Shown in pieces: positions 48,476 through 59,414 of a DNA stretch of 64,000 bases. This stretch comes from Deferrisomatales bacterium (lineage in GTDB: Bacteria > Desulfobacterota > Deferrisomatia > Deferrisomatales > JACRMM01): contig JAWSUI010000002.1 of NCBI GenBank assembly GCA_033551855.1, positions 134,594 to 198,593 of the forward strand, read 5' to 3'. The position numbers and the translations under genes are program-made. Each line of letters opens with the position of its first letter. Position 1 is the stretch's first letter. Under the pieces are notes generated by a model that had not been told where the DNA came from, did not search any database, and was given only the letters and a program-made list of their open reading frames with translations.

Positions 48476-48892
48476 ATGATCGGGATCTTGATCGCGGCAC
48501 ACCAGGAGCTTGGCCTGGCGCTCTGTCGGGCGGCCGAGGGGATCGTGGGGGAGATGGAAGGGGTGGAGGCGATCTCCCTGCGGTACGACGAAGCGCCGCC
48601 GGAGGGACGCCGCCGCATCGAGGAGGCCCTTCGCCGCCTCGATGCAGGGGAGGGAGTGCTGATCCTGACGGACATGTTCGGGGGGACTCCGACGAATATG
48701 TGCCTGCCCTTTCTCGAGGCGGGGCGCGTGGAGGTCTTGACCGGCGTGAACCTGCCCATTGTGGTCAAAGCCCAGAGTGCCCGCGCTGATCTGGGGCTCG
48801 GGGAGCTCGCCGCGTTCTTGCGCGACTACGGAGCGCGAAACATCTCATTGGCGAGCGATCTCTGGAACGCCAGGCCCCGCCGGTCCGGCTGA
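48476..48892 (+). CDS. PTS mannose-family EIIA
   Basis: MIGILIAAH, LTDMFGGTPTN, TGVNLP. Confidence 0.9.
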   Translation: MIGILIAAHQELGLALCRAAEGIVGEMEGVEAISLRYDEAPPEGRRRIEEALRRLDAGEGVLILTDMFGGTPTNMCLPFLEAGRVEVLTGVNLPIVVKAQSARADLGLGELAAFLRDYGARNISLASDLWNARPRRSG

Positions 48893-48895
48893 GAG

Positions 48896-49381
48896 ATGGG
48901 AGTGCTGCTCGCCCGCGTCGACAACCGGCTCGTTCACGGGCAGATCCTCGCGTCCTGGGTCCCCCGGCTCGGCATCGACACGATCTTGGTCGTAGACCGG
49001 GAGCTGGTGGCCGATGCCTTCCAGAAGGCCCTGCTCGAAGGCCTGGGCGGCCCCGGCCTCTCCATACGGCTCGTGACCCCGGAGGGCGCCTCCGGCCTGC
49101 TCACCGGCGAGCTCCGGGGCTCGCGGATCCTGTTGCTCTTTGCGGGGATCCACCAGGCCGTGGAGGCCCTGGAGGCGGGGGTTTCCTTCTCGCTCCTGAA
49201 CCTGGGAAACGTCCACCCCCGTCGGGACAGCCGGGGGTTGACGGCCAGCGTGTACCTCAGCGGAGGGGACGAGGAGGAGCTCTGTCTGCTCCTCTCCCGG
49301 GGCGTGGACGTGGAGGCCCGGGCGTTGCCTGCGGACCGCAGCCCGGATGTGCGCGCGGCCCTGCGGTGCCGCGTGCGGTGA
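48896..49381 (+). CDS. PTS mannose-family EIIB
   Basis: RVDNRLVHGQ, LNLGN. Confidence 0.9.
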   Translation: MGVLLARVDNRLVHGQILASWVPRLGIDTILVVDRELVADAFQKALLEGLGGPGLSIRLVTPEGASGLLTGELRGSRILLLFAGIHQAVEALEAGVSFSLLNLGNVHPRRDSRGLTASVYLSGGDEEELCLLLSRGVDVEARALPADRSPDVRAALRCRVR

Positions 49382-49391
49382 CGGCACCGTG

Positions 49392-50117
49392 ATGGACCCG
49401 GCGACGATGGCCGCGTTCGGGCTCCTGGGAGGCCTGCTCTCCCTCGACCGCACGGCGGTGCTCCAGACGATGGCTTCCCGGCCCCTGGTCGGGGCGACCT
49501 TGGCGGGTTGGCTGGTGGGAGATCCGGCCCTCGGTCTCCTGGCCGGCCTCCTGCTGGAGCTGCTCTGGCTCATGGATCTGCCGGTCGGCGCGTCGGTGCC
49601 CCCGGACGAGAGCCTCTCGGGGGTGCTGGCCGGGGTGTTTGCGGCGGCAGCTCCGGACGCGTGGGCCCCCGAAGCGCGGGCGGCCTGCGGTGTGCTGCTG
49701 GCCGTCCCCGCGGGTTGGGCGGGGCGGTGGGCAGACTTGGGGATCCGCCGCTGGAATGCGGGGCTCCTGTCTTGCGTCCTGGAGGAGTTGGGGAGGGGCC
49801 TGAACCCTCCCCTGGCCCGGGCGCACTGGAAGGGCGCCCTTCGATTCTTCGCGGCCGGAGCCTGCCTGACGGCCGCCGGGGCGGCCGGCGGAGTATGGGT
49901 GTTGGGGTCCTGGGCCCCGGGATTGCCACCCCAGGCCGAGGCCTCGCTGGAGCTGGTGGCGCTTCTCCTTCCCGTGTTGGGGGGTGGCGCCGTCCTGGCC
50001 GGGATGGGGCTGCGGCGGCACGCGCCCCCCTTCGCCGCCGGTCTCGTGGGGGCCCTCGGCCTCGAACGTGCGGGAGGAGTGGGGACAGCCATCGGGGGAC
50101 GCCCTTGGCGGCCCTGA
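49392..50117 (+). CDS. PTS mannose-family EIIC
   Basis: SRPLVGA, LELLWL, PVGASVPPD. Confidence 0.85.
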   Translation: MDPATMAAFGLLGGLLSLDRTAVLQTMASRPLVGATLAGWLVGDPALGLLAGLLLELLWLMDLPVGASVPPDESLSGVLAGVFAAAAPDAWAPEARAACGVLLAVPAGWAGRWADLGIRRWNAGLLSCVLEELGRGLNPPLARAHWKGALRFFAAGACLTAAGAAGGVWVLGSWAPGLPPQAEASLELVALLLPVLGGGAVLAGMGLRRHAPPFAAGLVGALGLERAGGVGTAIGGRPWRP

Positions 50118-50854
50118 GAACTTCCGACCTCGTGCGGGTTTTCTGCAGGAGCCTCGTGCTGCAGGCGTCCTGGAGCTTCCAGGGGATGCAGGCCCTCGGC
50201 TTTGCCTATGCGATGGAGCCCGCCTTGCGGCGGCTGTATGGGGGAGGGGAGGCCTATCGCCGGGGGGTTTCGCGCCACCTGAAGTTCTTCAATACCCACC
50301 CCTTCCTGGCGGCGGCGGTGCTGGGGGGAGCCGTTCGGGTGGAGGCCGAAGGGGGCGACGGCGCCGATGAGGGGGTTCGGCGTCTGAAGAACGGGTTGAT
50401 GGGACCCTTGGGGGCCGTGGGGGACTGCTTCTATTGGGGGGCGCTCAAGCCCCTGTTGGTCCTGGCGGCGCTCCACCTCGCGTGTCGCGGGGTGCTTTGG
50501 GCTCCGGCCGCCTTCGTGGCGACCTTCGGCGCCTGTAATCTGGCCGGGCGGGGGTACGCCTTCGTGCAGGGATATCGGAGGGGCTCAGGAGTCGCCGACT
50601 TCCTGAGTTGCTGGGGCCTGCTCCGGTGGGCCCGACGTTGTCAGTTTCTGGCCGCCCTGCTCCTGGGGGCGCTCTTGGCGGCCGCCTACGGGCCCGATTT
50701 CCTGGACGGCTGGGCGGTTCCAGTCGTTGCCGGTGCCGGTGCCGCTCTGACCCTGGCGCTGGGTACGGGGTGGGTCCTGGCTCGGGGGGTGCGGCTCTCT
50801 TGGCTCCTGTGGGCGGCGGCCATCCTTTGCTGGGGGGTCGTGGCGTGGACGTGA
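50105..50854 (+). CDS. PTS mannose-family EIID
   Basis: LQASWSFQGMQALGF, FFNTHP, MGPLGAVGD; TTG start at 50105. Confidence 0.88.
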   Translation: MAALRTSDLVRVFCRSLVLQASWSFQGMQALGFAYAMEPALRRLYGGGEAYRRGVSRHLKFFNTHPFLAAAVLGGAVRVEAEGGDGADEGVRRLKNGLMGPLGAVGDCFYWGALKPLLVLAALHLACRGVLWAPAAFVATFGACNLAGRGYAFVQGYRRGSGVADFLSCWGLLRWARRCQFLAALLLGALLAAAYGPDFLDGWAVPVVAGAGAALTLALGTGWVLARGVRLSWLLWAAAILCWGVVAWT

Positions 50855-51135
50855 TGGCCCGAAGGGTCGAAGAGCGTACGTTCGAGATCGTCAACGCCCT
50901 GGGCCTCCACGCCAGGGCTGCGGCGTTGCTCGTACAAACGGCCCAGAGATACCGGAGCGAGATCGAGGTCCGGAAAGAGGACATCGCGGTCAACGGCAAG
51001 AGCATCATGGGCGTGCTCATGCTCGCGGCGGGAAAGGGTTCCCGGGTGACCGTGAGGGCGGTTGGGGAGGACTCGGAGGATGCCCTCGAGGGGTTGGGTG
51101 ACCTAATTCGCAATGGGTTTTGGGAGAAGGAGTGA
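50854..51135 (+). CDS. ptsH: Phosphocarrier HPr
   Basis: GLHAR (His15), KSIMG (Ser46). Confidence 0.94.
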   Translation: MARRVEERTFEIVNALGLHARAAALLVQTAQRYRSEIEVRKEDIAVNGKSIMGVLMLAAGKGSRVTVRAVGEDSEDALEGLGDLIRNGFWEKE

Positions 51136-52985
51136 CTGTGCAAGTCCTTCGGGAACACTACGCCCTGCGGGGTATACCGGTCAGTCCCGGGATCGTCGTC
51201 GGAAAGGTGTACCTCCTGGATCGCCGCAAGGTCCGGCCCCCGGAGCGGATCATCGATCCCGAGGAGGTGGATACCGAGCTGCTGCGGTTCCGTCGAGCCC
51301 TGGCGCAGACCCGGGAGCAACTGGAAGGGCTCAGGACGCATTACGGCGAGAGCAACCTGGGCGAGCACGGCTACTTGGTGGACGTGCACCTGATGATGCT
51401 CGACGACCGGATGATCGTCCAGGAGACCGAGCGCCGGGTGCGGGAGGAGCTGCACAGCGCGGACTGGGCCCTGTGGACGGTGCTGGGGAAGATCAAGGTC
51501 TCCTTCGACGCCATGGAGGACGAGTACTTTCGGGATCGCCGCACCGACGTGGAGCACCTGGGGGACCGCATCCTGCGCAATCTCACCGGGAGGCGGCACG
51601 AGAGCATCGGCGACATCCGGGGCGATGTGGTGGTGGTGGCCCACGACCTCTCTCCCATGGACACCGCCCAGATGGACGTGGGGCGGGTCAAGGGGTTCGT
51701 GACGGACCTAGGCGGGCGCACCTCCCACACGGCCATTCTCGCCCGCAGCCTCAACATTCCGGCGGTGGTCGGACTGGAGGTCGTGAGCGACCGCGCCAAC
51801 GGTGGGGACACGGTGGTGATCGACGGCCTCTCCGGCGTGGTGATCCTCAACCCCACCATAGAGGAGCTGCGGGGGTTTCGTCGGCGAAAGACGCGCTATC
51901 GGGCGTTTCGCAAGGAACTGGAGTCCTTCGCCGTTCTGCCTGCGGTTACCCGCGACGGCCACAAGGTACGGGTCCGGGCCAACATCGAGCTCCGAGAGGA
52001 GACCTCGAGCCTCAAGCGGTACGGGGCCGAGGGGATCGGGCTGTACCGCACCGAGTTCCTCTACATGAACCGGGACCACCCACCGACCGAGGAGGAGCAC
52101 ACCCTCGCCTATCGGCGAATGGCGGCGGCGGCCCACCCCTTTCCCATCATCATCCGGACCCTCGACATCGGGGGCGACAAGCTGGTGCACTCCGTATCGA
52201 CCCAGGACGAGGTCAATCCCTCCTTGGGCCTCCGGTCGATCCGCCTGTGCCTGCGGGAGCCCGATCTGTTCAAGACCCAGCTCCGGGGCATCCTGCGGGC
52301 CAGCTCCGCGGGCAATGTGCGGCTCATGTTCCCCATGGTCTCCGGCTTGGGTGAACTCAGGGAGACCCTCGCCGTGCTGGAGGAAGCGCGCGAGGAGCTC
52401 CGGCTCCAGGGCGTGCCCTTCAACGAGAAGCTGCCGGTGGGCGTGATGATCGAGGTGCCCTCGGCGGCCGTCACGGCCGATCTCCTGGCCCCGCACGTCG
52501 ACTTCTTCTCCATCGGGACCAACGACCTGATCCAGTACTCTTTGGCGATCGACCGGGTCAACGAGCACGTGGCGTACCTGTACGAGCCGCTCCACCCGGC
52601 GGTGCTGCGCCTCATCGGGGGCGTCGCCGCCGCCGGCCACGCCCACGGCATCCCGGTGGCGGTGTGTGGAGAAATGGCCGGGGATGAGCTCCACACCTTG
52701 GTGCTTCTCGGCCTGGGGGTGGACGAGCTCTCGATGCACGCTCTCTCGATCCCGCGGATCAAGAGGCTGATCCACCACGCTGCCCTCTCCGAGGCCCGAG
52801 AGCTGGTGAAGCGGATTCTCCGTCTGGGCACCGCCCAGGAAGTGCATCAGGAGGTAGAGAAGTACATGCGGGAATTCCACCCGGCCGTCCTCGATCCCGT
52901 CGAGTTCGGGCTCGGTGAGACGATCGCCCGGGAAGCCTCCCGGGAAGCATCCCTCCCGGGAAGCATCTCCCGGGAAGCATCTTGA
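51132..52985 (+). CDS. ptsI: PTS enzyme I
   Basis: GGRTSHTAI, GIGLYRTEF, GVMIEVP, SIGTNDLIQY, CGEMAG; start is GTG at 51132 or 51138. Confidence 0.95.
   Translation: MTVQVLREHYALRGIPVSPGIVVGKVYLLDRRKVRPPERIIDPEEVDTELLRFRRALAQTREQLEGLRTHYGESNLGEHGYLVDVHLMMLDDRMIVQETERRVREELHSADWALWTVLGKIKVSFDAMEDEYFRDRRTDVEHLGDRILRNLTGRRHESIGDIRGDVVVVAHDLSPMDTAQMDVGRVKGFVTDLGGRTSHTAILARSLNIPAVVGLEVVSDRANGGDTVVIDGLSGVVILNPTIEELRGFRRRKTRYRAFRKELESFAVLPAVTRDGHKVRVRANIELREETSSLKRYGAEGIGLYRTEFLYMNRDHPPTEEEHTLAYRRMAAAAHPFPIIIRTLDIGGDKLVHSVSTQDEVNPSLGLRSIRLCLREPDLFKTQLRGILRASSAGNVRLMFPMVSGLGELRETLAVLEEAREELRLQGVPFNEKLPVGVMIEVPSAAVTADLLAPHVDFFSIGTNDLIQYSLAIDRVNEHVAYLYEPLHPAVLRLIGGVAAAGHAHGIPVAVCGEMAGDELHTLVLLGLGVDELSMHALSIPRIKRLIHHAALSEARELVKRILRLGTAQEVHQEVEKYMREFHPAVLDPVEFGLGETIAREASREASLPGSISREAS
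52927..52978 (+). repeat. Four copies of CCCGGGAAGC at the ptsI 3' end
   Basis: Copies start at 52927, 52939, 52955 and 52969. Confidence 0.85.
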
Positions 52986-53010
52986 GCCGCGGCGTGATGC
53001 GGCGTAGACT
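52982..53010 (+). promoter_or_regulatory. Putative sigma70 promoter of metK-ahcY
   Basis: TTGAGC - 17 bp - TAGACT. Confidence 0.55.
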
Positions 53011-53097
53011 ACAGAGCCCCGCGCTCCCCGGGCCCACGCCCGGGCGTGGGGACCGCAGGCCCCGGAGGCGGGGCACCCCTCGACAGGAGAACCCCAC

Positions 53098-54261
53098 ATG
53101 AGCATGACGGACTTCCTCTTCACGTCCGAGAGCGTGACGGAGGGGCACCCGGACAAGGTGGCCGACCAGATCTCCGACGCGGTGCTCGACACCCTCATCG
53201 CCCAGGACCCCGGTTCCCGTGTGGCGTGCGAGACCCTGGTGACGACGGGGATGGCGATCATCGCGGGGGAGATCACCACGAAGGGCTATGCCCACATGCC
53301 CGACGTGGTGCGGCAGACCATCCGGGACATCGGCTACACGGACCCTTCGATGGGGTTCGACTGGGAGACCTGCGCGGTGCTCACTTCCATCGACCGGCAG
53401 AGCCCGGACATCGCGATGGGGGTGGACGAGGGCGAGGGGCACGAGCAGGGCGCCGGAGACCAGGGGCTCATGTTCGGGTTCGCCAGCAACGAGACCCCCG
53501 AACTCATGCCGATGCCCATCGTGTACGCCCACAAGCTCACCCACCGCTTGGCCCAGGTGCGCAAGGAGCGCCTCGTGGACTGCTTCCGGCCCGACGGGAA
53601 GAGCCAGGTCACCATCCGGTACGTGGACGGAAAGCCGGTGAGCGTCGATGCCGTGGTGGTGAGCACCCAGCACAAGCCGGACGTAACCCAGGCCGTCGTG
53701 CGGGAAGCCGTCCTCGAGACGGTCATCAAACCGGTGATCCCCGAGGAGCTGCTCACGGAGCACACCCGGTTCTACATCAACCCTACGGGCCGGTTCGTGG
53801 TGGGCGGGCCCATGGGGGACTGCGGCCTCACCGGCCGAAAGATCATCGTCGACACGTACGGCGGGCAGGGGAGCCACGGGGGCGGGGCGTTCTCCGGCAA
53901 GGACCCGTCCAAGGTGGACCGTTCGGCCTCGTACCTGGGGCGCTACATCGCCAAGAACATCGTCGCGGGGGGCCTGGCGGACAAGTGTGAGGTGCAGCTC
54001 GCGTACGCCATCGGCGTGGCGGACCCGGTCTCGATCATGATCGACACCTCCGGCACCTGGAAGGTCGAGCCGGACCGGATCTCGGTGCTCGTGCGGGAGA
54101 TCTTTCCGCTGAAGCCCAGGGAGATCATCCGGCACCTGGATCTGCTTCGGCCCATCTACCGGAAGACGGCCGCCTACGGTCACTTCGGCCGGAACGACCC
54201 GGACTTCACCTGGGAGCGCACCGACAAAGCCGAGGAGCTGCGCAGGGCCGCCGGGTTGTAG
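53098..54261 (+). CDS. metK: S-adenosylmethionine synthetase
   Basis: [28 protein letters not shown]. Confidence 0.98.
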   Translation: MSMTDFLFTSESVTEGHPDKVADQISDAVLDTLIAQDPGSRVACETLVTTGMAIIAGEITTKGYAHMPDVVRQTIRDIGYTDPSMGFDWETCAVLTSIDRQSPDIAMGVDEGEGHEQGAGDQGLMFGFASNETPELMPMPIVYAHKLTHRLAQVRKERLVDCFRPDGKSQVTIRYVDGKPVSVDAVVVSTQHKPDVTQAVVREAVLETVIKPVIPEELLTEHTRFYINPTGRFVVGGPMGDCGLTGRKIIVDTYGGQGSHGGGAFSGKDPSKVDRSASYLGRYIAKNIVAGGLADKCEVQLAYAIGVADPVSIMIDTSGTWKVEPDRISVLVREIFPLKPREIIRHLDLLRPIYRKTAAYGHFGRNDPDFTWERTDKAEELRRAAGL

Positions 54262-54294
54262 TCGGCCGTCACCGAGGGGCCCGGAGGGGGCCCG

Positions 54295-55860
54295 ATGTCA
54301 CTTCGGATCGCATCGCGCGCGTTGGGAGCCGCGAGAGGGGACGACGCATTCATGGCGCCTGGCGTACCCGTTCAAGCCGTCCGGGAAGCGGACTACAAAG
54401 TGGCCGACCTGAGTGAGGCCACCGTGCGCTTCGGGCGCAAGGAGATCGAGCTGGCCGAGCACGAGATGCCGGGGCTGATGGCCCTGCGTGCGGAGTACGC
54501 CGGCGAGAGGCCCCTGGCGGGGGCACGCATCATGGGCTCCCTGCACATGACCATCCAGACCGCCGTGCTCATCGAGACCCTGGTGGAGCTCGGTGCCGAC
54601 GTGCGCTGGGTGAGCTGCAACATCTTTTCCACCCAGGACCACGCCGCTGCGGCCGCGGTGGCCGGCCCCGGCGGCAGTGCGTCCGAGCCGAGGGGAGTGC
54701 CGGTCTTCGCCTGGAAGGGAGAGACCCTGCCCGAGTACTGGTGGTGCACCCTCCAGGCCCTGGTGTGGCCCGACGGCCGGGGGCCGAACCTCCTTCTGGA
54801 CGACGGGGGCGATGCCACCCTGCTGGTGCACCTGGGGGCGGAGTACGAGGAGAGCGGGAGCATCCCGGACCCCGCCACGGCCGAGAGCGAGGAGCTTTCG
54901 GTGATGCTGTCCCTCCTCCACCGGGTGCGGCGGGAGAAGGGCGATGATTTCTGGTGGCCCATGGCCGCCGGGATTCGCGGTGTCTCAGAGGAGACCACCA
55001 CCGGGGTGCACCGGCTCTACGAGCGGATGACCAACCAGACGCTGCGCTTTCCCGCGATCAACGTCAACGACTCGGTGACCAAGAGCAAGTTCGACAACAT
55101 CTACGGCTGCCGCCATTCCCTGGTGGACGGGCTCATGCGCGCCACGGACCTCATGCTTGCGGGCAAGCGGGCGCTGGTGTGCGGGTACGGCGACGTGGGC
55201 AAGGGCAGCGTGGAGAGCCTGCGGGGACAGCAGGCCCGGGTCGCGGTGAGCGAGATCGACCCGATCTGCGCCCTGCAGGCGTGCATGCACGGGCTCGACG
55301 TGATCACCGTCGAGGACGCGCTCCCCGATTTCGACATCTACGTGACCGCCACGGGCAACAAGGGGATCATCCGCGCCGAGCACATGGCGCGCATGAAGCA
55401 CAATGCGGTCGTGTGCAACATCGGGCACTTCGACAACGAGATCGACATGGCGGGCCTCGAGGCCCTGCGCCGCCGCGGGGAAGTGGAGAAGATCGAAGTC
55501 AAGCCCCAGGTCCACGAGTGGCGGTTCCGGGACACGACCCACGGTCCCCGGGGTCGGGGGCACGCGATCCTGGTGCTCGCCGAGGGGCGCCTGGTGAACC
55601 TGGGTTGCGCCACGGGTCATCCCAGCTTCGTGATGTCGGCGTCCTTCACCAACCAGGTGATGGCCCAGGTCGAGCTGCACCGCCACGCGGAACGCTACGG
55701 GAAGGGTGTGGTCGTGCTGCCCAAGGCCCTGGACGAGAAGGTGGCGCGGCTCCACCTGGCCCAGTTCGGGGCCAGGCTCACCCGCTTGACCCCGGAGCAG
55801 GCGGCGTACCTCGGCGTCCCCGAAGACGGCCCCTACAAGGCCGACCACTACCGGTACTGA
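54295..55860 (+). CDS. ahcY: Adenosylhomocysteinase
   Basis: [46 protein letters not shown]; start may be ATG at 54352. Confidence 0.97.
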   Translation: MSLRIASRALGAARGDDAFMAPGVPVQAVREADYKVADLSEATVRFGRKEIELAEHEMPGLMALRAEYAGERPLAGARIMGSLHMTIQTAVLIETLVELGADVRWVSCNIFSTQDHAAAAAVAGPGGSASEPRGVPVFAWKGETLPEYWWCTLQALVWPDGRGPNLLLDDGGDATLLVHLGAEYEESGSIPDPATAESEELSVMLSLLHRVRREKGDDFWWPMAAGIRGVSEETTTGVHRLYERMTNQTLRFPAINVNDSVTKSKFDNIYGCRHSLVDGLMRATDLMLAGKRALVCGYGDVGKGSVESLRGQQARVAVSEIDPICALQACMHGLDVITVEDALPDFDIYVTATGNKGIIRAEHMARMKHNAVVCNIGHFDNEIDMAGLEALRRRGEVEKIEVKPQVHEWRFRDTTHGPRGRGHAILVLAEGRLVNLGCATGHPSFVMSASFTNQVMAQVELHRHAERYGKGVVVLPKALDEKVARLHLAQFGARLTRLTPEQAAYLGVPEDGPYKADHYRY

Positions 55861-55971
55861 CCGGACCCCATCCCTGAGCGACTCCCCCGTGCCTCGGGTG
55901 CCGTCTCGCGGTGGCCCGGGGCACGCTCACGTTATCCCTCGGCGAAGGCGCGCCGACCTGAGGAGCTCCTC

Positions 55972-57231
<1,260 letters not shown>

Positions 57232-57255
57232 CTCCGGTACCGCAGCCGGCGGGAT

Positions 57256-57933
57256 TCACCCCAGCCAGAAGGGCAGCAGGAAGAGGACCGCGTTCCCGCA
57301 GGCGTGCACGAGCACCGGGGCCCAGAGACTGCCGGAGAGCTCGTAGGCGGCGACGAACACCAGACCCCCGACCGCTTGTACCCAGGGAATGCCCGGAGAG
57401 AGCAGGTGGGCTGCGGCGAAAGCGCCGGTGGCGACGGCGCCGGCCCCAAAGGGGGAGAGACGTCGGCGAAGGCCGCCGTACAGGATGCCCCGGAAGACCA
57501 GCTCCTCGAAGAGGGGGGCGACTCCGGCGCCGACGACCAGGAGGGCCGCGAGCTCCCCCGGCGGGGGGCGGGGGCCCGCCAGGGCCGCCAGGGGGCTCAG
57601 GCCCAGGAAGAGGCGCCCCGCGGCTTCGACCCCCCCCACGCAGGCACCCAGCCCCGCCGAGAACAGGGCTCCCACCCACAGCCCCCTCCCGACCCGGGTT
57701 CCCGTGAGCCCCAGCTCCTCCAGACGCCACCCGCGGGCGCGCCAGTAGACGAGGCACAGGACCGCCTCGGCCGCTCGAAGCGCCCCGGTCAGCCAGATCG
57801 CCTCGGCTTGGCCCAGGCGGGGCTTGGCGGAGAACAGCCCCGCTTCCAGGGCGGCCAGCGCGGCGAGGACGGCGAAGGCTTCTGCGGGGCCGGGCCCTCG
57901 CCGCTCCCACGGCCTGGTCAGCGGCCTCGCCAC
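57256..57933 (-). CDS. CPBP (CAAX type II/Abi) intramembrane metalloprotease
   Basis: APLFEELVFRG, FAAAH, SLWAPVLVHACGN; GGAGG before GTG at 57933. Confidence 0.85.
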   Translation of the reverse strand: MARPLTRPWERRGPGPAEAFAVLAALAALEAGLFSAKPRLGQAEAIWLTGALRAAEAVLCLVYWRARGWRLEELGLTGTRVGRGLWVGALFSAGLGACVGGVEAAGRLFLGLSPLAALAGPRPPPGELAALLVVGAGVAPLFEELVFRGILYGGLRRRLSPFGAGAVATGAFAAAHLLSPGIPWVQAVGGLVFVAAYELSGSLWAPVLVHACGNAVLFLLPFWLG

Positions 57934-59300
57934 CCGAGCCTCCACAGGGACGCGTACGCGCGTTCCTTGACGTACCACTCTTCGGGGCTCCGGACCACCT
58001 CCAGCAGCAGCTCTCGCGCCCGAGGTCCCCCCACCGCGCCCAGGGCCTCGGCCGCCCCCGTGCGCACGTTGAGGAGCGGATCGGACAGGGCGTCTACGAG
58101 CAGGTCGGCCTCCAGCCGAGCGGCGCCCGCCGCCCGGGCCCCATACAGGCGCACGGCGGCGGTGCTCGAGCCGAGGGCCGCCATCACCTCTGCGCGGTCG
58201 GGGCTCTCGATGATGAGCCTCGACCGGGCGGCGTGGAGGGCGGGGTCGATCCGCCCCGCAGCTCCCAGGGAGGCGGCCAGGAGCACCGCGGCCCCGAGGG
58301 ATCCGAAGAGCCGCCAGCGATCCCCCACGAGGGCACCCGCGGCCAGGGCCAGCGACGAGAATCCCCAACACAGGGCCAGCGGGCATCCGAGAAACAGAGC
58401 CCAGTACGTCGCCAGGCGCAGGGGCCGCCCTCGGTCCGAGGCGGCAGAGAGTCGGTTCCAGGCCTCGCCCTGGGCGTCGGGATCCTCGGGCCACGCCACG
58501 CGGGTCCGGCCGTGAAGGAGCTCGACGGCGCCGGTGCCCCGGTCCGGAAAGGCCCGCACGTCCGCCGCTTCCCCCTCGTCGACGCACAGCAGACCCAGCC
58601 GCAGGCCCTGGCGGCAGAAGCGGTCTCGGTTTTCCTCCGAGATCTGGCCGGATACGGCGACGGCGGGCTGCGAGAGTCCCGCGAGGGGCTTGAGAACGTG
58701 GGCAGGGTACAGGGTCCACCGGTAGTAGAACGTGTTCACCGCCTGCCCTGCCGGGCTCCCCAGGAGCACACCGTCCCGCAAGCGGGTGAACGGCCCTTCG
58801 GCGGCCGTTGCCCAGGGGATCAGGGCGGTGAGGAGAGGGGCCAGGACCAGGGCGCGGAGCAACGCGGAACGGGCGTCCATCTGGCCTCCTGCCCCCTGGC
58901 TCCAGACCGCTCCCGCAGCGGAGGCCGCCAGGGCGGCGGCCAGTCCCGGGTCCCCGCCCGCCAGGGCCCAGAGGGGAACCGCCAGGGTCGCCCAGGGGAG
59001 GAGGCGCCCCGGCCGGCCCGGCAGCCCTCCGGTGCACCGGGCCCAGAGGCCCAGCAGGGTTCCCGCCCCAAGCCCCAGGCTCAGGCCGAAGAAGAGACCT
59101 CCGGCGGCGGAAGGGGCCCAGGAGGCGAGTGTCTCCCAGTGGCCGTTTCCGGGAAGGGGCAGGAAGCCGGCGTCCTGGAGTGCGCGGTTCTTTCCCAACA
59201 GCTGAAGCGTCGCTTCCCGGGTGCGCAGGGCACCAAGGACGGCTCCGCAGGCCGCTCCCCACAGGGCGGGGGCGAAGAGGGGAAAGGGGCGGCGGCTCAC
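57918..59300 (-). CDS. Multi-TM membrane protein with C-terminal HEAT repeats
   Basis: Several hydrophobic segments; DALSDPLLNVRTGAAEALG, WYVKERAYASL. Confidence 0.7.
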   Translation of the reverse strand: MSRRPFPLFAPALWGAACGAVLGALRTREATLQLLGKNRALQDAGFLPLPGNGHWETLASWAPSAAGGLFFGLSLGLGAGTLLGLWARCTGGLPGRPGRLLPWATLAVPLWALAGGDPGLAAALAASAAGAVWSQGAGGQMDARSALLRALVLAPLLTALIPWATAAEGPFTRLRDGVLLGSPAGQAVNTFYYRWTLYPAHVLKPLAGLSQPAVAVSGQISEENRDRFCRQGLRLGLLCVDEGEAADVRAFPDRGTGAVELLHGRTRVAWPEDPDAQGEAWNRLSAASDRGRPLRLATYWALFLGCPLALCWGFSSLALAAGALVGDRWRLFGSLGAAVLLAASLGAAGRIDPALHAARSRLIIESPDRAEVMAALGSSTAAVRLYGARAAGAARLEADLLVDALSDPLLNVRTGAAEALGAVGGPRARELLLEVVRSPEEWYVKERAYASLWRLGWRGR

Positions 59301-59414
59301 GGGGCCCCGGGCAGCCAGACCGGATGTTGCGGAGAACGGCAGCGACCAGGTGCCACGTGCAAGCCCTCGTGCGGGCCTCGGCCGCGGCCGAGCGGAATGG
59401 GGAGGTGGCGAAGT

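Noticed and set aside
52927..52978. CRISPR array
   Set aside because: 10-bp units with 2-6-bp gaps and no cas genes; no repeat-spacer array seen anywhere in the window
52986..53097. SAM riboswitch upstream of metK
   Set aside because: No SAM-I core motifs seen; the leader is short and holds a plain promoter
54262..54351. SAH riboswitch upstream of ahcY
   Set aside because: The GAGGAGCG...AGGCUC core is not present
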